From: Candidatus Marinacidobacterales bacterium
GTDB taxonomy: Bacteria > Acidobacteriota > Vicinamibacteria > Marinacidobacterales > DATDRI01
Assembly: GCA_965219415.1 (NCBI GenBank)
Contig: OZ244742.1
Span: 71,082 to 135,081 of the forward strand
DNA: 64,000 bases
Direction of reading: 5' to 3'
The position numbers were made by a program, and so were the translations under genes. This document shows, piece after piece, positions 53,383 to 63,497 of this stretch (its first letter is position 1; each line of letters begins with the position of its first letter). The notes under the pieces were generated by a model. That model was not told the DNA's origin. It searched no databases and worked only from the letters and a program-made list of their open reading frames with translations.

Positions 53383-55494
53383 ATGCGACTTCTGATAATC
53401 GCCGTGCTAGTCTTGCTCTTGGTGCAAGCGAACGACAAATCCACACCGCCCAAGGCCAAGGTAGTTCCCCACCAGCTCGAAAAGCACGGGGACATCAGAA
53501 CCGACAACTACTACTGGCTGAAGGAACGCGAAGATCCAGAAGTCATCGCCTACTTGACCGCCGAGAACGCCTATCTCGACGGCGTCATGAAGCACACCGA
53601 AGGGTTGCAGGCTGCGCTATTCGAAGAGATCAAAGGGCGGATCAAGAAGGACGACGCGTCGGCCCCCTTCCCGTACGATGGCTACTACTACTACCACCGC
53701 TATCAAGGAGACGCGGAATACGCCATTTACAGCCGCAAGGAAGGCTCGCTGGACGCGCCAGAACAGATCTTGGTCGACGGCAACGAGCTCGCTGAGGGAC
53801 ACGACTTCTTCTCGCTCGGCACCCTGTCAGTGAGCTCGGGACGGGACATTCTCGCCTTTAGCATCGATACCGTGGGGCGGCGGTTTTATACACTGCGCTT
53901 CAAGCAACTCACCAACGGCGAGATGTACGACGACGTCCTCGCGGACGTCACCGGCAACGTGGCCTGGGCCAACGACAACAAGACAATCTTCTATACCAAG
54001 CAGGACCCCGAGACACTGAGAGCTTATCGAATCTATCGGCACGTCCTTGGCACCGACCCAGCCAAGGACGTCTTGGTGTACGAAGAGCCCGACGAGGAAT
54101 TCAGCTGCTTTATCTCGAAGAGCAAGTCGCGGAAGTACCTCTTGATCGGCACCTCCCAGACACTCAGCACGGAGTATCGTTACCTAGATGCCGCGAACCC
54201 CATCGGCGAGTTCAAGGTCATCCTGCCGAGAGAACCGAAACACGAGTATTCCGTCGAGCACCTGGCAGACAAGTTCTACATCCGAACCAACTGGCAAGCA
54301 CCTAATTTCCGGCTCATGGAAACACCTATTGCCAACACCGAGAAAGAAAGTTGGCGCGAAGTCATTCCCCACCGCAGCGACATATTCTTGCGGGACTACG
54401 ATCTCTTCCGGGACTTCCTCGTCGTGACCGACCGAGAGGACGGACTCAATCGAATGCGCATCATTCCTTGGGCCAGCTCCGGGGGCGGTAGTGACGAGCA
54501 CTATTTGGATTTCGGAGAGCCGGCCTACTTCGCCTACACCGCCACAAACCGAGAGCTCGAGACACCGATCCTGCGCTACGGCTATTCGTCGATGACCACG
54601 CCTTGGTCGACGTACGAGTACGACATGGTGACGAAGGAGAAGACCTTGCTCAAGCAGGATGAAGTTGTTGGAGACTTCGATCCCGCCGACTATCGCACCG
54701 AACGTCTCCACGCGGTGGCGAGAGACGGCCAAAAGGTACCCATCTCCATCGTATTCCCCAAGGGGATGAAGAAAGACGGGAGTGCGCCGCTACTTCTCTA
54801 CGCCTACGGCTCCTATGGCTTGTCCATGGACGCGACCTTTAGCTCGGCTCGGTTGAGCCTTCTAGAGCGCGGCTTCGGCTACGCCATCGCCCACATTCGC
54901 GGCGGCCAGGAGCTCGGCCGTCGTTGGTACGAAGACGGCAAGCTTCTCGAGAAGAGAAACACGTTCACCGACTTCATCGACTGTGGCGAGTACTTGGTCG
55001 AGGAGGGTTACACGAGTAAGGACCGGCTCTTCGCCATGGGCGGAAGCGCTGGAGGCCTATTGATGGGCGCGGTCGTGAACATGGCACCGGATCTTTTCGA
55101 AGGCGTGGTCGCGGATGTGCCTTTCGTGGACGTGGTGACAACGATGCTCGACCCCGACATTCCGCTCACCACCGGCGAGTATGACGAGTGGGGCGACCCC
55201 AATGAGAAAGAGTACTACGACTACTTGCTCTCCTACTCACCCTACGATCACGTGGAAGCCAAGAAATACCCGCACATGCTGGTTACGGCCGGGCTTCACG
55301 ACTCCCAGGTGCAGTACTGGGAGCCGGCCAAGTGGGTGGCAAAGCTGCGAGCCCTGAAGGCGGATGACAACGTTCTAATATTGAAGACGAATATGGCCGC
55401 CGGTCACGGCGGCCCGTCGGGGCGATTCAAGCGCCACCAAGAAACCGCGCTCGCCTACGCGTTTCTGCTGGATCTGGTTGGGATCGGAGAGTAA
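53383..55494 (+). CDS. ptrB: Oligopeptidase B / protease II (S9A prolyl oligopeptidase family), secreted
   Basis: 703 aa. Sequence ..DNYYWLKEREDPEVIAYLTAENAY... Catalytic Ser motif GGSAGGLLMG. C-terminus ..GHGGPSGRF... Starts 27 nt after operon gene 9, so co-transcription is possible. Confidence 0.88.
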   Translation: MRLLIIAVLVLLLVQANDKSTPPKAKVVPHQLEKHGDIRTDNYYWLKEREDPEVIAYLTAENAYLDGVMKHTEGLQAALFEEIKGRIKKDDASAPFPYDGYYYYHRYQGDAEYAIYSRKEGSLDAPEQILVDGNELAEGHDFFSLGTLSVSSGRDILAFSIDTVGRRFYTLRFKQLTNGEMYDDVLADVTGNVAWANDNKTIFYTKQDPETLRAYRIYRHVLGTDPAKDVLVYEEPDEEFSCFISKSKSRKYLLIGTSQTLSTEYRYLDAANPIGEFKVILPREPKHEYSVEHLADKFYIRTNWQAPNFRLMETPIANTEKESWREVIPHRSDIFLRDYDLFRDFLVVTDREDGLNRMRIIPWASSGGGSDEHYLDFGEPAYFAYTATNRELETPILRYGYSSMTTPWSTYEYDMVTKEKTLLKQDEVVGDFDPADYRTERLHAVARDGQKVPISIVFPKGMKKDGSAPLLLYAYGSYGLSMDATFSSARLSLLERGFGYAIAHIRGGQELGRRWYEDGKLLEKRNTFTDFIDCGEYLVEEGYTSKDRLFAMGGSAGGLLMGAVVNMAPDLFEGVVADVPFVDVVTTMLDPDIPLTTGEYDEWGDPNEKEYYDYLLSYSPYDHVEAKKYPHMLVTAGLHDSQVQYWEPAKWVAKLRALKADDNVLILKTNMAAGHGGPSGRFKRHQETALAYAFLLDLVGIGE

Positions 55495-55512
55495 AGAACG
55501 TTTCCGACTCCG

Positions 55513-58223
55513 CTAGGGACTGGGAGATTCTTGGCGCGCGTTGGCGAAGTCTCCCGCCTGGATGATCGACATCTTGTCCAGATCAATGTGACGCCGCATC
55601 GCCTCCAAGATCTCCTCGGCCGCCAAGGCCTGGACTCGGGCCTCGAGATCGGCCTCCCACTCGAGCGTACGCCCCCGGTGCTGCAGTCCCGTTAAACGGC
55701 CCGCCAGTTCATCTTCTTTCGCTCTCGAGATCTGCCTGGCCTCGAGCCAACCCTTCTTGGCGGACCGGAGCTCTTCTTCGGTGAAGCCGCTCTCCAGGAT
55801 CTTGGCGATCTCCTCTTTGAACGCGGCTTCGACGCGGGATGCGTTTTGCGGCGCACAGATCGCATAGGCGCCGAACCCTGCGTCTTTTTCCCAAGCGCTG
55901 GCGAAAAGAAGGATCCCACCCCGTAGCTCAGGCCATCCACGTTACGGATTCGATTCCCGAGACGGGAACTGAGGAAGCCGCCGCCGGTCATGAAGTTTCC
56001 TAGCACCAACGCCGGGTAGTCCGGATCGTCATCCCGCAGGGCGATGGGATGGCCGGCCACGAAGGCCGCACTTTCCTTGTCGGGCGTCTCGAATTTTCGC
56101 ACGAGGGGAGCCGTCTCTCGATAGGGAGGGCCGAGTCGCTCATAGAGCTTGGGGCTTTCCCAGTTCCCGAAAAGCCCGGCCACTTGCGCCTCGAGCTCCT
56201 TTTGATCGAAGTCGCCGACCGCAGTGAGCTCCGCGACCGAGGCCCCGGAGAGGTCGGCATGGAACCGACGGATTTCATCGAGAGAGGTCTCTCGGGTGCG
56301 CTCGATGGCCTCCTCCGGTGTTTCCACGTAGCGGGGATCATCTTCGGGCCATTCATTGACATGTCGGTCGAAGGCAGTAGAGGCGATTTGAAAAGGATCT
56401 CGCTTGGCGTCCTCGAGCCCGGCCAACTCCTCTTCTTTCAATAGCTCTAGCTCGGAAGCGGGAAACGACGGCTCCCACAGCACCTCGGCCAGGAGTCGGA
56501 GGGCGGCGGAAAGCCCCTCGCGCGGAACCTCGAGGCTCGCTCGGACACCGCTGGCGCCGCCGCCGACGCTAAGCTGGGCCTTCAGGCGATCGAGCTCATC
56601 TTGGATCTCCTGCCGACTCTCGTTCGCCGTTCCCCTTATCAACATCGCCGCCGTCAGTTCACAAATACGCGAGCGCCCGCGCAGACTCTCCAGATCACCG
56701 AAATGGAGCGAAAGCGACAACTGGACGATGTCGCCTCGCGTCTTCTTGGGAACCATCACCAGATGCAGGCAGAAGGAAGCTCGGCCCGTTTGATCTGGGC
56801 TTCGATGGCTAGGGAGATACGGCGAGCGCTTCCCCACCCTCGTAGTCCTTGACCAGTTCGGTCGCATCGGGAGCTTCCGGAATCGCCGCACGCATCGGGT
56901 CCTCGGTTGGAATGTACAGCCCGAGCGTACGATTGATCGGTATGAGATAGGTGGCCGCGACGCGTTGCACGTCCTCCGGCGTGACCTCCCCGATCCAGTC
57001 TCGCTGAAGGAATAGCATCCGCCAATCACCCAAGGCCGCCCACTCGGGAGAGCTGGATGGCGGCCTCCTCGGAGTTTCGCATCGTGGCTTCCCAGTTTTT
57101 TAGACGACTCGCCTGCGCCCGTTGAACCTCTTGCTCAGTCGGGGGCGTCTCGGCAAGTAGCTCGATCTCGTCTACTAGGGTGGCGCGCGCATCGTCGATG
57201 GACTTCTCCTTTCGGACTTCGGCGAAAAACATGAGCATCCCAGGCTCGGCGAGCTGCTCGGCGAACTCGCCAACGCTGGCTGCCTTCTTCGTTTCCACCA
57301 AAGCCTTGTGAAGCCGCCCCGACGGCGTATCGCCAAGGATGAAAGACGTCAAGTCCAGCGCGGCGAAGTCGGGATGCGTTCCGGCCGGGATGTGATACGC
57401 GGCAGCCACCATTTGTACGTCTCTCACTCGGCGCAGGGTCACCGAGCGCTCGCCGTCTTGTGGCGGCTCGACCGTATAGAGTCGCCGCAGCTCCCGTTCT
57501 GGCTTAGGGATGCGACCGAATTTCTCTTCGATGAGCTCGAGCACTTTTCCCTCATCGAAATTGCCGGCAACTACCAAGATGGCATTGTCGGGTTGATACC
57601 ACTTTCGGTAGAAGGCCTGCAGACGATCGATGGGGACGTTCTCAATATCGGAGCGCGCACCGATGGTGGACTTCCCGTAGTTGTGCCATAGGTAGGCGGT
57701 CGCGAAAACGCGCTCCATCAAGACGCTCTGGGGGTAGTTCTCACCCATCTCGAACTCGTTGCGCACCACCGTCGTCTCCGAGTCGAGGTCCTTCTGAGCG
57801 ATGAAGCTGTTGACCATACGATCGGACTCCAGATCGAGCGCCCACGCCAGGTTCTCATCGGCGGCCCGGAAGGTCTCGTAATAGTTGGTCCGTTCGTACC
57901 AAGTCGTGCCGTTGGCCCGCGCGCCGTGCTCGGTCAGCTCCTTGTCGATGTCCGGATGCTTGGAGCTACCTTTGAAGACGAGGTGCTCCAGCAGATGAGC
58001 CATCACTGTCTCGCCGTAGTTCTCGTGCTTCGAACCGACGAGGTAGGTCACGTTTACAGTGATGATTTGTTGAGATGGATCGGGGAATACGGAGAACTCG
58101 GAGTCCGTTATCCAGCACGTACTCCGTGATGCCTTCGACCGAGGTACCCTTCTCGATGCCCTCTGGCGCCCCCACACCCAGCAGGGCAAGCGCGATAACT
58201 GCGAGGACCATTCGCGTGCTCAT
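55513..58223 (-). pseudogene. Large M16 (pitrilysin/PqqL-like) zinc peptidase, about 900 aa, broken by five 1-nt frameshifts
   Basis: The pieces lie in ORFs 57966..58223 (signal, GITEYVLDNGLRVL), 57026..58189 (HLLEH zinc motif), 56809..57033, 56756..57025, 55692..57029 and an unlisted last frame (..SAWEKDAGFGAYAICAPQNASRVEAAFKEEIAKILESGFTEEELRSAKKGWL..). Shifts lie at about 58089-58092, 57046-57048, 56812-56814, 56769-56770 and 55904-55907, all at short homopolymers. Confidence 0.7.
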
Positions 58224-58265
58224 CTTTGTTCCTCCTGGTCCTGGAAGATAACACGAACCCGGCCG

Positions 58266-58706
58266 CTAGCTCAGCAAGCCGAGTCGCATGGCCACCGCGG
58301 TTTCCGGGCAAGCACCTTGCAGCTCTTTGGAAGCCTTGAGCGCAGGGTCGAGCTCTTCGCGAGGCATCCTCTCGAAACCGAAACGAGGGAAGAAGGCCTC
58401 CGCCGTTTCGGTCAGCAGATAGATCGTAGTGACGCCGCTCTCCTTCGCGCGGTCGAGTAGTTCCTTTACCAACCTTCCGCCCAACCCCCGGTCCCGCCCG
58501 CTCGCCGCCACCGCCAGGGAGCGGAGGAGCCCTGCATGACCATAACATTCGAGCCCGATGGTTCCGATCAGTGTTTCATTCTCTCGGGCAACCAGAAAAC
58601 CCTCTACGTTCTCCTCGACGCCGTCGACGGGAAGCTCGCAAGTCGTTAGCAGAGCGAGCATAGCCGTGAGCTCGGTCCGCTCCGCCTCCCGAATCAAAGT
58701 GCTCAC
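58266..58706 (-). CDS. arsN: Arsenic-resistance N-acetyltransferase ArsN2 (GNAT)
   Basis: GTG at 58706 in a GTGA overlap with the arsM stop. Sequence ..FLVARENETLIGTIGLECYGHAGLLRSLAVAASGRDRGLGGRLV...IYLLTETAEAFFPRFGFERMPREE...LQGACPETAVAMRL. Confidence 0.75.
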   Translation of the reverse strand: MSTLIREAERTELTAMLALLTTCELPVDGVEENVEGFLVARENETLIGTIGLECYGHAGLLRSLAVAASGRDRGLGGRLVKELLDRAKESGVTTIYLLTETAEAFFPRFGFERMPREELDPALKASKELQGACPETAVAMRLGLLS

Positions 58707-59607
58707 GCTGCCGCTTGCTCTTTGGTGGGTTTCACCGCCGAGACCTGAATGCTGGCCACTCTTCCCAACAGACGATTGGCGAGCGGTCTCAGAACGAAGG
58801 AACGTGGGCTCGCTGCACGGCGCAAGAAAGCTCCGACCCACCCGTGCTCGCCGAAAAGCGCAGAGAGCTGCTCGGTGTCGTAGACGTGCCTAGCGACGAC
58901 TTCGACACCGGTGAAGCCGGCCTTCTTGATGGCGTCCAAGTAATCCTTTTCCGGTAGGGCGCCGCTCAAGCAAGAAGCATAGAGCGCCGGGGTTCGAAAG
59001 GGACGCGGAATGCGGGCCACGATATCGCTGACCGAAACTCGTCCCCCGGGTCTCAGCACGCGATAGGCCTCGCGAAAGACCTTCTCCTTGTCGGGTGCGA
59101 GATTGATGACACAGTTCGAAACGATCCAGTCCGCGTCGTCGTCGTCGATGGGCATGGTCTCCGCATCTCCTTTTAAGCGGAACTCGACGTTGTCCGCCCG
59201 CGCTTTGCGGGCGTTGGCGCGGGCCCTTTCGATCATGACCGGCGTCATATCGAGACCGATGACACGACCTTCTGAGCCCACTCGCTCCGCCGCGAGAAGA
59301 CAGTCGATCCCCGCCCCGGAGCCGATATCCACGACGGTCTGCCCTTCTTGGACGCCCACGAAGGCAACGGGGTTCCCACAACCGAACGAGCTCTGGACGG
59401 CATCCTCCGGCAAGCTCGCAAGCTCATCCTTTTTGTACCCGGACAGCTCGACCAATTCGGTTCCGCCGCCGCAACAGCCACTCTTCGTCGAAGCCGGTTC
59501 CTGCTTCACCTCGCTCGATGCCGGGCTGCAACATCCGGGCCCCGTCCCTCGACGGCCCGTGTGTAATGCTCTCTTACCCGTTCCTTGATCTTGACCGCAT
59601 CCGTCAT
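58703..59607 (-). CDS. arsM: Arsenite S-adenosylmethionine methyltransferase; one frameshift at homopolymer 59537-59539
   Basis: ATG at 59607 with a GGAGAAGAGA RBS gives MTDAVKIKERVREHYTRAVEGRGP. The ORF 58703..60154 frame continues with GCCSPASS...SGCCGGG...SSFGCGNPVAFVGVQEGQTVVDIGSGAGIDCLLAA...NVEFRLKGDAE...VSNCVINLAPDKEKVFREAYRVLRPGGR. Confidence 0.8.
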
Positions 59608-59658
59608 TCTCTTCTCCTTTTATTTGTATACTGCAAATATCATCCCAAAAAAGGGGGT

Positions 59659-60147
59659 TCAAACACAGCACTCCCCGCTCCCCGGACTCACTTTCCGGAC
59701 GAGAGTGCAGATGGCCCGAACGACTTCCTCCCGGACATTTTCCGGCATCGAGAGAAGAATCTGCTCTTGGGTGGCCAGGAGATCGTCGGTGATCTTTTCG
59801 TGGGTCCTCTGGCCCGCCTCGGTGAGCTCGACGCGCACGATGCGACGATCGTCGCTGTCCTTTTGCCGCCGCACAAGCTTCTTCTTCACCAGGCCATCGA
59901 CGAGCCTCGTCACCGTGCTGATCTGGAGGCGTAGGTGGCTCGCCAGCTCCTGCATGGAAAGCGGGCCTCGGGTGGCCAGCGCGTCTAGCAAATAACACTG
60001 AGACACGGTGATGCCGTAGCAGCAGATCTCGTTCTTGTTCCGAAACTGGTATTGGCGTACGAACTCGGTAAGGGCGCGGTGAAGCGTCATCGCCGAGCGC
60101 TTGAGCTCGAGGGTGGCCTCCCGGATGGCCGCGTCCGTTACTTGCAT
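59659..60147 (-). CDS. MarR-family transcriptional regulator with vicinal cysteine pairs
   Basis: 162 aa. Winged-helix region ..ITVSQCYLLDALATRGPLSMQELASHLRLQISTVTRLVDGLVKKKLVRRQKDSDDRRIVRVELTEAG... Cys pairs at ..NEICCYG.. and at the C-terminus ..GSGECCV*. Confidence 0.8.
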   Translation of the reverse strand: MQVTDAAIREATLELKRSAMTLHRALTEFVRQYQFRNKNEICCYGITVSQCYLLDALATRGPLSMQELASHLRLQISTVTRLVDGLVKKKLVRRQKDSDDRRIVRVELTEAGQRTHEKITDDLLATQEQILLSMPENVREEVVRAICTLVRKVSPGSGECCV

Positions 60148-60196
60148 GACACAAATATATGCTCAGAGGTTCGTCTTGTCAAGCCAAAAAACGGAG

Positions 60197-61492
60197 CTAG
60201 AAACGCCAGCCGCGGAACTGCAGCCCAGAGAGTTTCCCCTGGAGCCCTCTTCCCAGCCCCAGAACGAGTGGAAAAGCTAGGTAGATGAAGACTAGCAGCC
60301 CGTAGCCGAGTAGCACCATTTCCTTTCCTTCCGGTCGGTCCGCCACCACGAAGGGCCGCCAGAGGACGCTAAACTCGGGTACGTACCAGCAAAGGAACTC
60401 GTACTCCGCCGCACGGCAATCCTCAAGATGGTCGAGACCGTAAACGGCCCCACTCGCTCCCACCAAGAAGGAAACCGCGAGGAGTCCCAAAAGTAGGAGG
60501 TTCCTCCCCACGGCTGGCTTCGGCCGAAACAAGCTCACCGCAAGCACGAAAGACGCGGGAATCGATGCAAAGAGGAGAAACCTCGGCCCCCACACCCAGC
60601 CCCCGTACCAAGCCCACCATCTCGAGTAAACGAGCACCAAGCCAACGAGGAACCAAATCCATAGATGGTAGCTACGTCTGAGCCCTTCTTCTAGAGTGCG
60701 CATGGCGGCGGTAAAGGAGAGCAATAGCCCCGGTGCAAAGAACACCAGACCCTTGCCGAAAGAAAAAAGGAGTGACAGGACGCCAAAAAAGATCGGGTAA
60801 CTGAATCCCGGCTGCCCCGAGTACGTCAGTATGGTTTCCGCCCCTGCGTTTCCTTCGTACCCTGTGAGCCACGGTGAGCCGCGCCTTACCCAAGACTCGA
60901 AGAGGACCAGTCCGGCTGCCGCGACCGGCACGAGAAGATACCGAAAGCGTTTTTTGTGGAGTGCCTCCGACCCCGTTACACCTCCCAATCCCACCATCGA
61001 TGCCGGCGTGTTGACGGCACCGATGATCATCGCGCTCCATCCCCATCCGGCCCATCGAGGATGACCAACTTGCGTTGCGAGAACGGCAGCGCCTACCACC
61101 ATCGTCGTAAACACTTCGCCGTAGAAATCCTTTAGATGGTTCGGGAACATGGATCCGATCAAGAGAATTAGCAGAAATGTGCGGACGACACTTGGATCGA
61201 GCTTGTCTTTGAGGAGGCGGTAGAAAACGAACAGTCCTCCGGCAAAAACGAAGAAATTGAACCTCGCAATCCACCACTCAGCCGACTGGTACAGCTTGCC
61301 CAGCGGCCATAGAACGAGGGCAAACAGAGGACCCACCATGGAGTATCCGGTGGAAACAATCTTGTCGGCGTTCATCAAGCGCCGGAGCGACCGGAAACGA
61401 ACGTATCCATCGCCGGAAACATCATGGGGCAAGCAGAAGAAGAGAAGAACCAGACCCGTCAGGATGAGAGCTAACTCAATTCTTCTGGACAT
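60197..61492 (-). CDS. Polytopic integral membrane protein of unknown function (possibly a GT-C-like glycosyltransferase)
   Basis: 431 aa with about 11 hydrophobic segments. I recognise no soluble domain and no motif. Confidence 0.6.
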   Translation of the reverse strand: MSRRIELALILTGLVLLFFCLPHDVSGDGYVRFRSLRRLMNADKIVSTGYSMVGPLFALVLWPLGKLYQSAEWWIARFNFFVFAGGLFVFYRLLKDKLDPSVVRTFLLILLIGSMFPNHLKDFYGEVFTTMVVGAAVLATQVGHPRWAGWGWSAMIIGAVNTPASMVGLGGVTGSEALHKKRFRYLLVPVAAAGLVLFESWVRRGSPWLTGYEGNAGAETILTYSGQPGFSYPIFFGVLSLLFSFGKGLVFFAPGLLLSFTAAMRTLEEGLRRSYHLWIWFLVGLVLVYSRWWAWYGGWVWGPRFLLFASIPASFVLAVSLFRPKPAVGRNLLLLGLLAVSFLVGASGAVYGLDHLEDCRAAEYEFLCWYVPEFSVLWRPFVVADRPEGKEMVLLGYGLLVFIYLAFPLVLGLGRGLQGKLSGLQFRGWRF

Positions 61493-61734
61493 GGAGCTTC
61501 TCGTCTTGCGCCAAATAGACCTCTCCCATCTCGCCCTCGCCGATCTTCTCGAGGACTTTGCAACAAGAGACTGTCTTTCCGATCAAGTTCCCTTCCTGGC
61601 GTCACCGGCCTAGTTGCCACTATCGAACTAGTCAGACGCCGGGAGAATAGTCGGTTTTGTATTGTCAATCTACTTCCACCCGGAGAATCCACGGCTTGGC
61701 TATGATAGGGGCGGGTTTTTGGAGGCCTAACCAA

Positions 61735-63492
61735 ATGAAGAAACTCTTTGTTGTAATGCTGGTGTTTATTGGACTTCTCACTATTCTCGGCGTCGCGGTA
61801 GGCCTCGGAGTTGGTTTCGTTCAGCGCATGGTCAAGGGCAGCGTTCCAGAAAGGACGATCCTCCAGGCGAACTTCGAGAGGCCGCTCATTGAGTACATCC
61901 CCGACGATCCGGTGGGGGCCCTCGTTAAGCAGGAGTCCCCCACCGTACTCGGCGTGGTCGAAACCCTCGACAAAGCCGCCGCCGACGACCGGGTCATGGC
62001 ATTAGTGGCGCGCGTCGGGGCTTCGAGTCTTGGCTTGGCGCAGATTCAAGAGATCCGGGACGCCGTCCTACGCTTCCGTCAGAGCGGCAAGCCCGCCATC
62101 GCGTACGCGGAGACCTTCGGCGAGTTCAGACCGGGAAACGGAGTCTACTACCTGGCCACTGCATTCGATGAGATCTATATGCAGCCCTCCGGCGATCTCG
62201 GGCTCACTGGACTCATGGCCGAGAGCCCGTTCCTTCGAGGGCTGCTCGACAAACTCGGGCTCGTGCCTCGCGGGGACCACCGCTACGAGTACAAGAACGC
62301 CCTCAATGTTTTCACCGAACGCGCGTACACCGATCCCCACCGCGAAGCCACCCAGGCATTGCTCGATTCCATGTTCGAGCAAATCGTGAACGGCATCGCC
62401 GAAGCGCGATCTCTCTCGCAAGATCAGGTGCGTGCCATCGTCGACCGAGGCCCATTGTTTGGGCAAGAAACCGTGGATGCCAAGCTCGTGGACGGCCTCG
62501 CTTACCGTGACGAGGTTCGTGAGCGGGTCAAGGAGAGTGCGGGCGAAGACGCCGAGTTTCTTGATCTGTCGAAGTACCTTGACCTTGCCGGCCGTTTGTA
62601 CGGCGACGGTGAGTCCATCGCTCTCATATATGGCGTGGGAAGCGCCACGCGAGGGAAGAGCAAGTACGATCCCTTCTCCGAGTCCGTCAACATGGGCTCC
62701 GAAACCGTTGCACGGGGGATACGCGATGCCATCGACGATGACGACGTCAAGGCAATCCTCTTCCGGGTAGATAGCCCCGGAGGATCGTACGTGGCATCCG
62801 ACACCATCTGGCGGGAGACCATCCGCGCCCGGGAAGCGGGAAAACCCGTCATCGTGAGCATGGGTGAGCTTGCGGCGTCGGGAGGCTATTTCGTGAGCAT
62901 GGCCGCCGACAAGATCGTGGCTCAGCCGGGCACGATCACCGGTTCGATCGGCGTTCTTGCCGTGAAGTTGTTGACACCGGGGTTTTGGGAAAAGACCGGT
63001 ATCTCTTGGGACGAAGTCCATACTAGCGAGAACGCGAGCTACTGGTCCAGCCTGCAAGACTACACGCCCGAAGAATGGTCTCGGTTTCAGGCCTGGCTCG
63101 ACCGCATCTACGAAGACTTCACCGCCAAGGTCGCGGATGGACGGAACATTCCGAAGGAGAGGGTTTTGGAGATCGCGAAGGGTCGTGTCTGGAGTGGAGA
63201 GGATGCCAAAGGGCTCGGTCTCGTCGACGAGCTAGGAGGATTCTCTGAGGCGATCGCACTCGCCCGTGAAGCAGCCGGCATCGACGCCGACGCCGCGATC
63301 CATCTGAAACGTTTTCCTCCGAGGAAGTCCCCTTGGGAACTTTTCTTGGAACAGAGATCAGGAAACCAGGAGACCAGAGCGATGATCGCCGTCGCGGCCC
63401 GCGCCGGTGAGTTGGTCGAGCCTTTGACGCGGCTCGGGCTCACGAAGGCGCGTGGCGTTTTAGAGATAGAGGAGCTGGAGCAAAACTGGTAG
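61735..63492 (+). CDS. sppA: Signal peptide peptidase SppA, 67K type (second paralog in the window)
   Basis: ATG at 61735 with a GGAGG RBS. N-terminus MKKLFVVMLVFIGLLTILGVAVGLGV. Two-domain SppA layout with ..MGELAASGGYFVSMAADKIVAQPGTITGSIGV... Confidence 0.85.
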   Translation: MKKLFVVMLVFIGLLTILGVAVGLGVGFVQRMVKGSVPERTILQANFERPLIEYIPDDPVGALVKQESPTVLGVVETLDKAAADDRVMALVARVGASSLGLAQIQEIRDAVLRFRQSGKPAIAYAETFGEFRPGNGVYYLATAFDEIYMQPSGDLGLTGLMAESPFLRGLLDKLGLVPRGDHRYEYKNALNVFTERAYTDPHREATQALLDSMFEQIVNGIAEARSLSQDQVRAIVDRGPLFGQETVDAKLVDGLAYRDEVRERVKESAGEDAEFLDLSKYLDLAGRLYGDGESIALIYGVGSATRGKSKYDPFSESVNMGSETVARGIRDAIDDDDVKAILFRVDSPGGSYVASDTIWRETIRAREAGKPVIVSMGELAASGGYFVSMAADKIVAQPGTITGSIGVLAVKLLTPGFWEKTGISWDEVHTSENASYWSSLQDYTPEEWSRFQAWLDRIYEDFTAKVADGRNIPKERVLEIAKGRVWSGEDAKGLGLVDELGGFSEAIALAREAAGIDADAAIHLKRFPPRKSPWELFLEQRSGNQETRAMIAVAARAGELVEPLTRLGLTKARGVLEIEELEQNW

Positions 63493-63497
63493 GGCTG

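Noticed and set aside
62068-63057. 329-aa minus-strand ORF
   Set aside because: It is antisense to the second sppA.
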